Shown: in pieces, positions 1 through 9,704 of the stretch | Layout of the letters: every line of letters starts with the position of its first letter | How positions within the stretch are numbered: position 1 is the first letter of the stretch | Source of the DNA: an archaeon | GTDB taxonomy: Archaea; AGJL01; Methanococci; Methanococcales; Methanocaldococcaceae | NCBI GenBank assembly: GCA_024278985.1 | Contig: JAJRSC010000010.1 | Location: forward strand, 1 to 20,784 | Reading direction: 5' to 3' | DNA: 20,784 bases | Translations under genes and position numbers: made by a program | Notes under the pieces: model-generated | What the model was told of the DNA's origin: nothing | The model's database searches: none | What the model saw: the letters and a program-made list of their open reading frames with translations, nothing else

Positions 1-174
1 GAAGGAAAATTCGGAGTTAAACCTGTAACAGGATATATAAAATTAAATGAATGGAACGATAGAGCTTCTGGAAATTATGGAATATATGCTGTAACTAATG
101 ACGGTTGGAAGTTAGTCGGAATTTGGAACTCTGAAACTGGAGAAATACAGTGGATAAATAAAATAACTTTATAG
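1..174 (+). CDS. 3' end (partial) of an ABC transporter substrate-binding protein, branched-chain amino acid (LivJ/LivK-like) family
   Basis: Frame 1 is open from base 1 to TAG at 172-174: EGKFGVKPVTGYIKLNEWNDRASGNYGIYAVTNDGWKLVGIWNSETGEIQWINKITL. The 'TG.I.(L/F)...(N/G)DR' motif followed by 'W..VG.W' resembles the C-terminus of type 1 periplasmic binding proteins. Confidence 0.6.
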   Translation, partial: EGKFGVKPVTGYIKLNEWNDRASGNYGIYAVTNDGWKLVGIWNSETGEIQWINKITL

Positions 175-213
175 ATGTGTAAAAAATTAAAAATATTTAC
201 ACATAATTAATTA

Positions 214-221
214 TTTATATA
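214..221 (+). promoter_or_regulatory. Putative TATA box for the TRAM gene
   Basis: TTTATATA about 65 nt upstream of ATG 286, with an AGGTGA ribosome binding site before the ATG. The AT-rich background limits certainty. Confidence 0.45.
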
Positions 222-285
222 TCTTTTTTTATATCTATTTATTGAGCAAAAATAAATTGCTCTAAATAATTAAGGTGAATTTTAG

Positions 286-486
286 ATGTTTAAAGGTAAT
301 AAAAAAGTTCCTGTCAAAGAAGGAGAAACTTATAAGGTAAAAATTGAAGATATTGGTAAGGGTGGAGACGGTATTGCAAGAGTTGAAGGATTTGTAATAT
401 TTGTTCCGGAAACTAAAAAAGGAGATGAGGTAGATATTAAAATAAAATCTGTAAAAAATAAGTTTGCATTTGGAGAAAAAATATAA
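286..486 (+). CDS. Single TRAM-domain protein (archaeal RNA chaperone, cold-shock-like)
   Basis: 66 aa with [33 protein letters not shown]...GDEV.IKI..VK.KFAFGE, the stand-alone TRAM signature. AGGTGA RBS. Confidence 0.92.
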   Translation: MFKGNKKVPVKEGETYKVKIEDIGKGGDGIARVEGFVIFVPETKKGDEVDIKIKSVKNKFAFGEKI

Positions 487-496
487 ATATATTATT

Positions 497-913
497 TTAT
501 TTTCCTAATTCTTTTAATAGTTTATTAATTAAATACATTAAAACTTCCTCTTTTATTGCTCTACTTCTTATTTTTTCAGCAACTTTTAATGCATCTCTAT
601 AATATCCATAATCAGTAAATTTCATAGCTATTTTTTCTAAATCTGTCTCAGTTCTTATTTTTTCAGCTATAGACAACGCTTTTTCAACATCTCCCTTTTC
701 AATATATTTAATAGCTATTTTTCTTAGAACTTCATCTCTTAATCCAACAGAATATATATTTTCAGCTATTTTTTCAGCTTCTTCTAAATAACCTTTGTCT
801 ATTAAACTTAGAGCAATAATTTCTAAGTTTGCATCTCCTTTTATTTCATTAACTTTATTTAATACTTCCTCTATTTTACCTTTTTCAATTAATTTTATTA
901 TTTCACTAACCAT
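497..913 (-). CDS. Hypothetical TPR-like helical-repeat protein
   Basis: Three to four repeats of about 30 aa, L..IA......G..E.A..IAE.I. Start moved to ATG 913 because the track's GTG at 922 lies inside the GGGGTGA RBS. Confidence 0.75.
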   Translation of the reverse strand: MVSEIIKLIEKGKIEEVLNKVNEIKGDANLEIIALSLIDKGYLEEAEKIAENIYSVGLRDEVLRKIAIKYIEKGDVEKALSIAEKIRTETDLEKIAMKFTDYGYYRDALKVAEKIRSRAIKEEVLMYLINKLLKELGK

Positions 914-1085
914 ATATATCACCCCATTATTCTATATTAGAACTTTTAATCCATATCATATATATAATTTTTGTTTATGTTTATATTTGGTGCATAACTT
1001 AACATAATCAATATTATCCTAAAGGTAGAAAACTTTAATAATATCTAAATTTTAATTTTTAACAAAAATTTAAAATGGGATTGCT

Positions 1086-2513
1086 ATGCTCCACATAGAT
1101 GAGAAAAGATTATTAAAGGTCTTTCAAGATTTAAAAAAAGATAAATTAAAATTGGAAGAGATTCCATTACCAAAAGAAAAGGTTTTAAGAGTTGCTTTAT
1201 GGTTGGAGGGGAAAGATTTAGTAAAAAAAATAGAAAAAACTAAGTATAAAATAAAGATAATTAACAAAGAACCATTTCCAGAGAGAAAAATAGCAAATTA
1301 TTTAAAAGAAAATAATTTAAAGGAAATTGAAATTAAAGAATTAAAAAATATTCTTCCAAAAGAAGAAATTAATGCTGCTTTAGGAGCAATAAAAAGAAAA
1401 AAAATTGCAAAAATTGAAAAAGGTAAAATTATTTTTGATAACTTAGATTATAAAGATGTAGAAGAAGAGATTTTAAATAAAATTGATAGTAAATATTTGG
1501 ATGAGTTAAATGATAATGAAAAGGAAATAATTAAAATTCTAAAAAAAAGAGGATATATTGATTTTGATGAAGAAAAAGAGATTACTATAGAGCTAACTGA
1601 AAAAGGTAAAGAAATAATAAAAAAACCAATAGAAATTAAGGAAGTGATAAATCAGTTAAATAGAGATATTATAATAAGTGGTAAATGGAGAGATGCATAT
1701 ATAAGAGAGTATGATGTAACAGTACCTACTAAAGAAGTATATCCTGCTAAAATTCATCCTTTAACAAGAGTTATAAGAGAAGTTAAAGAGATATTATTAG
1801 GAATGGGTTTTAAAGAAATTAAAAGTCCTATTGTTGAAACAGAATTTTGGAATTTTGATATGTTATTTGAACCACAAGACCATCCTGCAAGAGAAATGCA
1901 GGATACTTTTTTTCTAAAATTTCCTAACAAAGGAGATATACCAAAAGATTTAGTAGATAAAGTTAAAAAAGTACATTTGAGATGTTGGAGACAATTTGAT
2001 GAAGAAATTTCTAAAAGATTAATATTAAGAACTCATACAACTGCATCCTCTATAAGATATCTTGCTTCTTTATCAGATGAAGAAAAAGAAAAACCACATA
2101 AAGTATTTTGTATAGATAGAGTATTTAGGAACGAGGCAATTGATTATAAACATCTTCCAGAATTTTATCAATGTGAAGGTATAATAATGGATGATAATGT
2201 TAATTTTAACAATTTAATAGGAATACTAAAAGAGTTTTTATATAGATTAGGTTTTAAAAAAGTTAGATTTAGACCTGCATATTTCCCATTTACTGAGCCA
2301 TCACTTGAGGCAGAGGTTTATTTAGAAGGTAAAGGTTGGCTCGAATTGTTAGGAGCTGGAATATTTAGGCCAGAAGTTTTAGAACCTTTAGGAATAGATA
2401 AGCCAGTTTTAGCTTGGGGTATTGGATTTAGTAGGTTAGCAATGTTAAAATACAATCTAACAGATATTAGAGAACTTCATAAAAATGATTTATCTTGGCT
2501 AAAAAAGATTTAA
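1086..2513 (+). CDS. pheS: Phenylalanine--tRNA ligase alpha subunit
   Basis: 475 aa; [52 protein letters not shown] and GAGIFRPEV motifs. Confidence 0.98.
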   Translation: MLHIDEKRLLKVFQDLKKDKLKLEEIPLPKEKVLRVALWLEGKDLVKKIEKTKYKIKIINKEPFPERKIANYLKENNLKEIEIKELKNILPKEEINAALGAIKRKKIAKIEKGKIIFDNLDYKDVEEEILNKIDSKYLDELNDNEKEIIKILKKRGYIDFDEEKEITIELTEKGKEIIKKPIEIKEVINQLNRDIIISGKWRDAYIREYDVTVPTKEVYPAKIHPLTRVIREVKEILLGMGFKEIKSPIVETEFWNFDMLFEPQDHPAREMQDTFFLKFPNKGDIPKDLVDKVKKVHLRCWRQFDEEISKRLILRTHTTASSIRYLASLSDEEKEKPHKVFCIDRVFRNEAIDYKHLPEFYQCEGIIMDDNVNFNNLIGILKEFLYRLGFKKVRFRPAYFPFTEPSLEAEVYLEGKGWLELLGAGIFRPEVLEPLGIDKPVLAWGIGFSRLAMLKYNLTDIRELHKNDLSWLKKI

Positions 2514-3307
2514 ATTTTTAGGATATCTTTATATTTTTCTTTAAATTCTTCAAGGTTTTTTATTGTTGTATCTAATGTTAGTGGAGTAATTGAAATATGT
2601 CCTTTTTTTCTTAAAACATATACATCAGTATCTTCCTCCTCTTCAAAAACAGGATACCCATCAATCCAATAGTATGGCCTACCTCTTGGGTCTTTTCTTT
2701 CTTCTACATGAGTAGTATACATTTTTCTTGCCAGTCTTGTTATCTCTACAGGAGTTTTTAAAGTAGCTTTTTCAGGAATATTTAAATTTAAAACATCACA
2801 TGGTAAATCATATTTTAAATATTTTTCAGCTATTTCAGCAGTAATTTTTGCTGGAATTGTAAAATCTATTGGTATTCCTACTTCACTAAATTTATAGTCA
2901 TCAGTTGTCATTTGTAAGGATGATGCCAATGCTTTAGCTCCATGATGAGCTGCTTCAAATGCTGCCCCCAATGTTCCAGAGGTCATTATTTCAGTACCTA
3001 AATTTTCTCCTATATTTATTCCAGATATAACTAAATCAGGCACTTTTTTTAATATTTGATATATTCCTAATATTACACAGTCAGTTGGAGTTCCAGAAAC
3101 TGCATAACCATAAATATCTTTATCTAATTTAACTTTTGAAATTCTTAATGGTTCAAACAGACTTATAGCTCTCCCAATACCACTTTGCTGATTTGTTGGT
3201 GCAACTATAGTTATATTAACATCTTTAAATTTATCTTTTAAAGCTTTGTAAAGTGAAACTAAAGAAGGGGAATATATCCCATCATCATTTACTATTAATA
3301 TATCCAA
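2510..3307 (-). CDS. surE: 5'/3'-nucleotidase SurE
   Basis: [34 protein letters not shown] and SGT.GAAFEA motifs. TTG start with GGAGG RBS. Confidence 0.97.
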   Translation of the reverse strand: MDILIVNDDGIYSPSLVSLYKALKDKFKDVNITIVAPTNQQSGIGRAISLFEPLRISKVKLDKDIYGYAVSGTPTDCVILGIYQILKKVPDLVISGINIGENLGTEIMTSGTLGAAFEAAHHGAKALASSLQMTTDDYKFSEVGIPIDFTIPAKITAEIAEKYLKYDLPCDVLNLNIPEKATLKTPVEITRLARKMYTTHVEERKDPRGRPYYWIDGYPVFEEEEDTDVYVLRKKGHISITPLTLDTTIKNLEEFKEKYKDILKI

Positions 3308-3318
3308 AAATATCCCTC

Positions 3319-4791
3319 CTAAATAAGTAAATTAATTCCTTCCATAACAGCATTTATTGAGGCTCTTATTATATCTGAATCTGACTTTTTAACTTCAACT
3401 ATCTCAGTACCTTTTCTTAGTTTTATAACCACTTCTACCAAGGCATCAGTGCCTCCACCAATTGCATTAACTTTATACTCCTCTAATTTAATATCTGCAA
3501 CTCCACTTATAGCCTTTCTAACAGCGTTTATTGCTGCATCAACTGGTCCAACACCATAGGCAGTTTCTATTAAGGTTATTTTTTCTCCAGGATATAATAA
3601 TTTTACTGAGGCAATAGGTGTTATTTTATTTCCTGATACAACTGTTAATTCTTCAAGTTTTATTTTTTCTTCAACTGCTTTACCAAGAACTTCATTTACT
3701 ATAACTAATAAATAATGGTCAGTAATATACTTCCCTAAGTCACCAAGTTCTTTTATCTTTTTATATATTTTGTTTAATTCTTCTTCATTAACTTTAATAC
3801 CCATTAAATCAAGTTTAAATTTTAAAGCCTTTCTTCCAGAGTGTTTTCCTAAAATAATTCTTCTTCTATTTCCTACAACTTCAGGAGATATTGGTTCATA
3901 TGTTTGAGTATTTTTTATTAATCCATCTACATGTATTCCTGCCTCATGAGCAAATGCATTGTCTCCAACTATTGCCTTATTTGGAGGAACTGGAAGATTC
4001 ATTAATCTTGCTACAACCCTTGAAACTTCATATAACTTTTCTAACTTAATATTTGTGTCAATATTGTAGAGGAATTTTAAGGCACATACTACCTCTTCCA
4101 AGGCAGCATTTCCTGCTCTTTCTCCAACTCCATTCATTGTTACATGGCACTGTTTAGCTCCTGAAATTATTGCTGAGCAGGTATTTGCAACTGCTAAACC
4201 AAAATCATTATGGCAATGAACTGAAACTGGGAGAGAGATTTTTGATGTTATTATTTTAAATAATTCTTGAGATTTTTGGGGAGTTAATACTCCAACAGTA
4301 TCACATACACAAACTCTGTCAGCTTTTGCTTCTTCTCCTTTCTTAAATAATTCTATTAAAAAATTAATATCTGCTCTTGTGGCATCCTCAGCAGATAATT
4401 CAACAATTAAACCATGTTGTTTGGCATATTCTACTGCTTCTATAGCTGATTTTAAAACTTCTTCTTTACTTTTTTTAAGTTTATATTTTATATGAATATC
4501 TGAGCTTGGAACTACTAAATGAACACTATCAACATCACACTCTAAAGCAGCATCTATATCAATCTTTAAAGCTCTAACAAATGAACATATTTCTGCATTT
4601 AATCCCTCTTTAGCAATTAACTTTATTGCCTCTCTTTCCCCTTGAGATGTTATTGCAGAACCTGCTTCTATAATATCAACACCTAAATCATCAAGATGTT
4701 TAGCAATCTCTAACTTTTCTGATGGTGTTAAAGAAACTCCAGGTGTTTGCTCTCCATCTCTTAGTGTTGTATCAAATACTTTTACCTTCAT
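3319..4791 (-). CDS. cimA: (R)-citramalate synthase (DRE-TIM family, LeuA-type regulatory domain)
   Basis: [14 protein letters not shown] and GERAGN motifs. The sequence follows M. jannaschii CimA closely as I recall it (e.g. [55 protein letters not shown]). Confidence 0.9.
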   Translation of the reverse strand: MKVKVFDTTLRDGEQTPGVSLTPSEKLEIAKHLDDLGVDIIEAGSAITSQGEREAIKLIAKEGLNAEICSFVRALKIDIDAALECDVDSVHLVVPSSDIHIKYKLKKSKEEVLKSAIEAVEYAKQHGLIVELSAEDATRADINFLIELFKKGEEAKADRVCVCDTVGVLTPQKSQELFKIITSKISLPVSVHCHNDFGLAVANTCSAIISGAKQCHVTMNGVGERAGNAALEEVVCALKFLYNIDTNIKLEKLYEVSRVVARLMNLPVPPNKAIVGDNAFAHEAGIHVDGLIKNTQTYEPISPEVVGNRRRIILGKHSGRKALKFKLDLMGIKVNEEELNKIYKKIKELGDLGKYITDHYLLVIVNEVLGKAVEEKIKLEELTVVSGNKITPIASVKLLYPGEKITLIETAYGVGPVDAAINAVRKAISGVADIKLEEYKVNAIGGGTDALVEVVIKLRKGTEIVEVKKSDSDIIRASINAVMEGINLLI

Positions 4792-4912
4792 AATATCACC
4801 TAAATAATCATTTAATACTACTTATTATTTTAAATTACTATGCTATTGTTTGCATAGAACATTAAATTATTTTTCCTAATAACATTTATTAAGTAGCTTG
4901 AGAATATACTTT

Positions 4913-4920
4913 TTTATATA
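4913..4920 (+). promoter_or_regulatory. Putative TATA box of the hdrA-vhu operon
   Basis: TTTATATA about 42 nt upstream of the TTG start; strong RBS GGAGGTGA at 4949-4956. Confidence 0.5.
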
Positions 4921-4961
4921 TATCCTATTAATTAAATTTAATGTAGATGGAGGTGATTATC

Positions 4962-6974
4962 TTGACTCCAAGGATTGGAGTCTATATTTGTTATTGTGGA
5001 ACAAATATTAGAGCAGTTGTTGATTGTGAAAAGGTTAGAGAGTTTGTTGAAAAATTGGATGGAGTAGTTGTTGCAAGAACTTATACATTCTTTTGTGCAG
5101 ATCCAGGACAAAATATAATAAAAGAAGATATAAAGAAGTATAATTTAAATAGAATTGTAGTTGCAGCATGTACTCCAAAGATACATGAGCCTACTTTTAG
5201 AAATTGTATAAAAGATGCAGGATTATCTCCTTATTATTTAGAGTTTGTTAATTTGAGAGAACATGATTCATTTGTACATATGCAAGATAAAGAAGAAGCT
5301 ACCAAAAAAGCTATTGAGTTAGTTGTTGCTGGAATTGAAAGAGCAAGAAGATTAGAAGATGTTCCTCAAAAAATTGTTGATGTTGATAAATCTTGTCTTA
5401 TTATTGGTGGAGGAATAGCAGGAATTCAGGCAGCCCTTGATTTAGCAGACCAAGGATTTAAAGTTTATATATTAGAAAAAGAGCCATCTATTGGAGGAAG
5501 GATGGCTCAACTTGCTAAGACATTCCCAACTGATGACTGTGCGCTGTGAATTCTCGCCCCAAAGATGGTTAGCGTTGCGAACCACCCCAATATTGAACTT
5601 ATAACATACGCTGAATTAAAAGAAGTTAGTGGATATATTGGAAACTTTGAAGTTACAATAGAAAAAAAACCAAGATATGTAGATGAAAATGCCTGTACTG
5701 GTTGTGGAATCTGTGCATCTGTTTGTCCAATAGAGGTTCCAAATGAATTTGATTTAGGATTAGGTACAAGAAAAGCAATATATGTTCCATTCCCTCAAGC
5801 AGTTCCATTAGTTTATACAATTGATATGGAACACTGTATAAGATGTGGATTATGTGAAAAAGTTTGTGGTCCAAATGCTATAAGATACAACCAAAAACCT
5901 GAAGAAATTAAACTTAAAGTTGGAACTATTATTAATGCAGTTGGATATGATGAATTTGACTGTACTCAAAAAGAAGAATATGGATATGGTATATATGACA
6001 ATGTTATAACTACCTTAGAATTAGAAAGAATGATTAACCCAGCAGGTCCAACAGGAGGGCATGAAATTAGACCAAGTGATGGAAAAACTCCAAAAAGATA
6101 CTTATTTATCCAATGTGTTGGTTCAAGAGACTTAAAAGTTAATAAGCCATACTGTTCAAGAATTTGCTGTATGTTTGCTTTAAAAAATGCTCAGTTAATT
6201 AAACAACACCATCCAGATGCTGAAGTTTATATTTGCTATATGGATATTAGGGCATTTGGTAAAGGTTATGAAGAATACTATAAAAGAGCTCAAGAACAGT
6301 TTGGAGTTAAATTTATTAGAGGAAGACCAGCCTGTATTATTGAAGATCCAAAAACTAAAAACTTAATTGTTAGAGTTGAAGATACATTATTAGGAGAAGT
6401 ATTTGAGTTAGAAGTTGATTTAGTTGTTTTATCAGCTGGTTTATCTCCAAGACCTGATAATCCAAAATTAGCCAAAATGCTTGGATTAGAATTAAGTCCT
6501 GATGGATTCTTTAAAGAGTTACATCCAAAATTAGCTCCAGTTAATACCAAAGTTGATGGTATTGCAATTGCAGGAGTAGCTCAGGGACCAAAAGATATTC
6601 CTGATACCGTTGCTCAAGCAAAAGGGGCTGCAAGTGCAGTTGCTATACCAATGTCTCAGGGTAAAGTTAAAATAGAGATGATTAGAGCAGTTGTTAATGA
6701 AGAAATTTGTGGTGGATGTCAAGTTTGTGCTAAAGTTTGTCCATATAATGCTATATCATATAGAGAAAAAGATGGTCATTTAATTGCTGCAATTGATGAT
6801 GTTGCTTGTAAGGGTTGTGGTTCTTGTGCTGGAGTTTGTCCAAGTGGAGCTATGCAACTAAGATACTATAGAGATGAACAAATAATTCCTGAAATCGATG
6901 CAGTTATTGAAATACATAAATTAATACATTATGGTAAAAAAGAAGGTAAAGAAAAAACTAAAGTTAAAGCCTAA
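4962..6974 (+). CDS. hdrA: CoB--CoM heterodisulfide reductase subunit A, selenoprotein (Sec196; 670 aa)
   Basis: The two track ORFs join in frame across TGA 5547-5549: KTFPTDDCAL-U-ILAPKMVSV (CxxU at a conserved Fe-S Cys). FAD motif GGGIAG, several ferredoxin CxxCxxC motifs, CSRICC. TTG 4962 lies just downstream of RBS GGAGGTGA. Confidence 0.96.
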
Positions 6975-7041
6975 AATGTTTTAGATGAGGCCCTTTAATG
7001 GGCTGATGACCCAAAAAATAAAAAAGTAAAAGGATGGGAAC

Positions 7042-7446
7042 ATGGAACCATTAATTATAGCATTTTGTTGTTATCAATGAGGTTATGGAGCTGCTGACTT
7101 AGCAGGAACCAGTAAAATGCAATATCCTCCATCCATTAGAATTATAAGAATCCCCTGTACTGGAAGGTTCGATATTACCTTTGCATTAAGAGCCTTCCAG
7201 AAAGGGGCAGATGGAGTAATGGTTGTTGGTTGAAAAAAAGGAGAATGTGTTTATGAATCTGGAAATTACAGAGCTGAGGAGAGGGTTAGGTTCCTAAAAG
7301 AATTATTGGATGAAATTGGATTAGGAAGAGATAGAATTGAAATGTACTTTATGTCTGCTGCTGAAGCTGATAAGTTTGCTAAAGCTTCAACTGAATTAAC
7401 AGAAAGAATTAAAAAATTGGGACCTAACCCTCTCAAGCTCCAGTAA
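7042..7446 (+). CDS. vhuD: F420-non-reducing hydrogenase iron-sulfur subunit D (MvhD/VhuD), two Sec (U13, U64); 134 aa
   Basis: Hand translation: MEPLIIAFCCYQ-U-GYGAADLAGTSKMQYPPSIRIIRIPCTGRFD...GADGVMVVG-U-KKGECVYESGNYRA...LGPNPLKLQ. TGA at 7078-7080 and 7231-7233 fall at [2Fe-2S] Cys positions. Absent from the ORF track. Confidence 0.96.
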
Positions 7447-7464
7447 AATAAAAGTATGGGATGA

Positions 7465-7501
7465 GTCCTTCTGGGAACCCTAATAAAGGGACCAGAAGGA
7501 C
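7465..7501 (+). promoter_or_regulatory. Archaeal SECIS element in the vhuD 3' UTR
   Basis: GTCCTTCTGG-GAA-CCC-TAATAAA-GGG-A-CCAGAAGGAC: perfect 10-bp stem, GAA/A internal loop and 3 G-C pairs, matching the Methanococcales SECIS consensus. Confidence 0.95.
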
Positions 7502-7571
7502 AACCGCCCCCTAAGTGGGGGAGCTGAACTATTTTAAAAAATTTAAATTAATTTAAAAAAAGGTGATATCA

Positions 7572-8429
7572 TTGGTAAAGATTGGAATTATTCAATTATG
7601 TGGATGTTCTGGATGTCATATGGCATTTTTAGATTTACATGATAAACTTCTTGAAATCTTACCAAATATTGAAATAGTATATGCTCCTATTTTAGCTGAT
7701 ATAAAAGAAATACCTGATGGAATTGATGTATTCTTAGTAGAAGGAGGAATAAGAAACGAACATGAAGAGCATTTACTACATGAAATAAGAGAGAAATCTA
7801 AAAAAGTTGTAGCATTTGGTACATGTGCAGCTTATGGAGGAATTCCAGGATTAGGAAACTTATATGAAGTTAATGAATTGCTAAATGTTGTATATTCAAC
7901 AGATTCAACAAATAATAAAGGAGATATTCCTTGTGAAGAAATTCCAAAATTAACAGATATTGTTAAACCAATATCTGATTTTGTTAAAGTTGATTATCTA
8001 ATCCCTGGATGTCCTCCAACACCAGAATTAATAGAAAAAGTACTAACAGCAATAATTGAAGGAAAAGAGCCAGAATTACCTAAAAAAATAGTATGTGATG
8101 AATGTCCTCTTAAAAAAGAGGAAGTATTTCCTAAAAAATATAAAAGAAGTTATGAGGATAAACCAATAGAGGGAATATGTTTATTTGAACAAGGATATAC
8201 CTGTTTAGGTTCTGGAACAAGAGCTGGATGTGGAGCTAAATGTCCCAGAGCTGGAATGCCATGTAGAGGTTGTTTTGGAAAAACTGATGCTGTTTTAGAT
8301 TTAGGTGCTAAGATTGCAAACACATTTGCCAATGCAAATATTGAAGAGGCGTTAAAAATTCCTGATAAAATAGGGTTATTAAATAGATTTACATTACCAG
8401 CAGCCTTAATTAACAGAAAAATAAAATAA
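7572..8429 (+). CDS. vhuG: F420-non-reducing hydrogenase small subunit
   Basis: CGCSGC, GTCAAYGG, IPGCPP, CDECP, C...CLG..TRAGCGAKCP....CRGC motifs. TTG 7572 follows an AGGTGA RBS (the track's GTG at 7563 is within the RBS). Confidence 0.94.
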   Translation: MVKIGIIQLCGCSGCHMAFLDLHDKLLEILPNIEIVYAPILADIKEIPDGIDVFLVEGGIRNEHEEHLLHEIREKSKKVVAFGTCAAYGGIPGLGNLYEVNELLNVVYSTDSTNNKGDIPCEEIPKLTDIVKPISDFVKVDYLIPGCPPTPELIEKVLTAIIEGKEPELPKKIVCDECPLKKEEVFPKKYKRSYEDKPIEGICLFEQGYTCLGSGTRAGCGAKCPRAGMPCRGCFGKTDAVLDLGAKIANTFANANIEEALKIPDKIGLLNRFTLPAALINRKIK

Positions 8430-8441
8430 AAGGGGAATTTT

Positions 8442-9695
8442 ATGGGAAAAATATGTATTGAGCCAATCTCAAGAGTAGAAGGGCATGGTAAGGTTATAAT
8501 AGTTTTAGATGAGAATGGAAAGCCAAAAGAAGTTAAACTAAGTATAACTGCAGTGAGAGGATTTGAGCAGTTTGTAGTAGGAAGACCTGCTGAGGAAGTT
8601 CCAAGAATTGTACCAAGAATTTGTGGTATTTGCCAAGTTCCTCACCATTTAGCAAGTGTTAAAGCAATTGATGATGCTTGGAATGTAAAAATTCCAAAAC
8701 CAGCTGCTAAATTAAGAGAATTAATGTTATTGGGGAATATAATTCATAGTCATGCATTACACTTTTACTTTTTAGCTGCTCCTGATTTTATTTTAGGTGT
8801 AAATGCAGCTCCAGAAATAAGAAATATTGTAGGATTAGCTAAAGAAAACCCTGATTTAGTTAAAAAGGCAATTGCTTTAAGAAGATTCGGACAGAGAATT
8901 GTTGATATTACTGGAGGTAAGCCAATACATCCAATTACTGGAATTCCTGGGGGAATTAGTAAAAGTATGAAAGAAGAAGAAAGAGATGAACTTTTAAAAG
9001 AGATTGATAAGATTATTGAATATGCAACAGAAAGTGTTAATGTTGTAAAAGAAGTAACAAATAAATTTATGGATAAAGTTAAGGAATTGGGAGTTATAGA
9101 TACCTGGTATTTAGGATTATTAAATGAAGGAAAACATACATTTTATGATGGAACTTTAAGATTTATGTCCCCTGATGGAAATGAAAAAATAGATTTTGCT
9201 CCTCAAGAGTATCTTGATTATATTGGAGAGCAAGTAGTTCCTTACAACTATTCAAAATATCCATTCTATAAAAAAGCTGGATTCCCTGATGGGGTTTATA
9301 GAGTTGGACCATTGGCAATGTTAAATGTTGCAGATTAAATGGAAACAGATTTAGCAGAAGAATTAAGAAAAGAATACCTCGAAATGTTTGATTTTCCAGT
9401 TAAAGAGTCATTAGCATATCACTATGCAAGGATGATAGAATTAGTAGAAGCCTGTGAAAAAGCTAAAATATTGCTTGAAGATAATGATATAGTTTCAGAT
9501 AATATTAAGGCAAATGTTGAACCTAAAGCTGGTTTCGGTGTTGGAGTTGTTGAAGCTCCAAGAGGTGTTTTAATTCACAACTATGAAACTGACGATAATG
9601 GAATTGTTGTTAAGGCAAATATGATTGTTGCTTCAACTCACAATGTTCCAGCAATGGAAAAAGCGATTATTCAAGCAATAGAAAAAATATTATAG
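8442..9695 (+). CDS. vhuA: F420-non-reducing [NiFeSe] hydrogenase large subunit (417 codons; interrupted as sequenced by TAA at 9336-9338)
   Basis: RVEGHG, RGFE, RICGIC, YRVGPLA, ARMIE and EAPRG.LIH motifs. It lacks the C-terminal DPCxxC, which vhuU supplies. The two track ORFs are contiguous in one frame and separated only by TAA (codon 299). Confidence 0.9.
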
Positions 9696-9704
9696 GTGAG
9701 GATA

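Noticed and set aside
975-1007. TTATGTT...AACATAA inverted repeat upstream of pheS
   Set aside because: Only 7 AT-rich bp with a 19-nt spacer, which is expected by chance at this base composition.
3319-4791. leuA or aksA instead of cimA
   Set aside because: The sequence follows recalled CimA along its whole length, and AksA lacks the C-terminal regulatory domain present here.
4947-6974. hdrA as two genes or a pseudogene, as in the ORF track
   Set aside because: The break is an in-frame TGA in a CxxU motif inside an operon with SECIS elements, so it is Sec.
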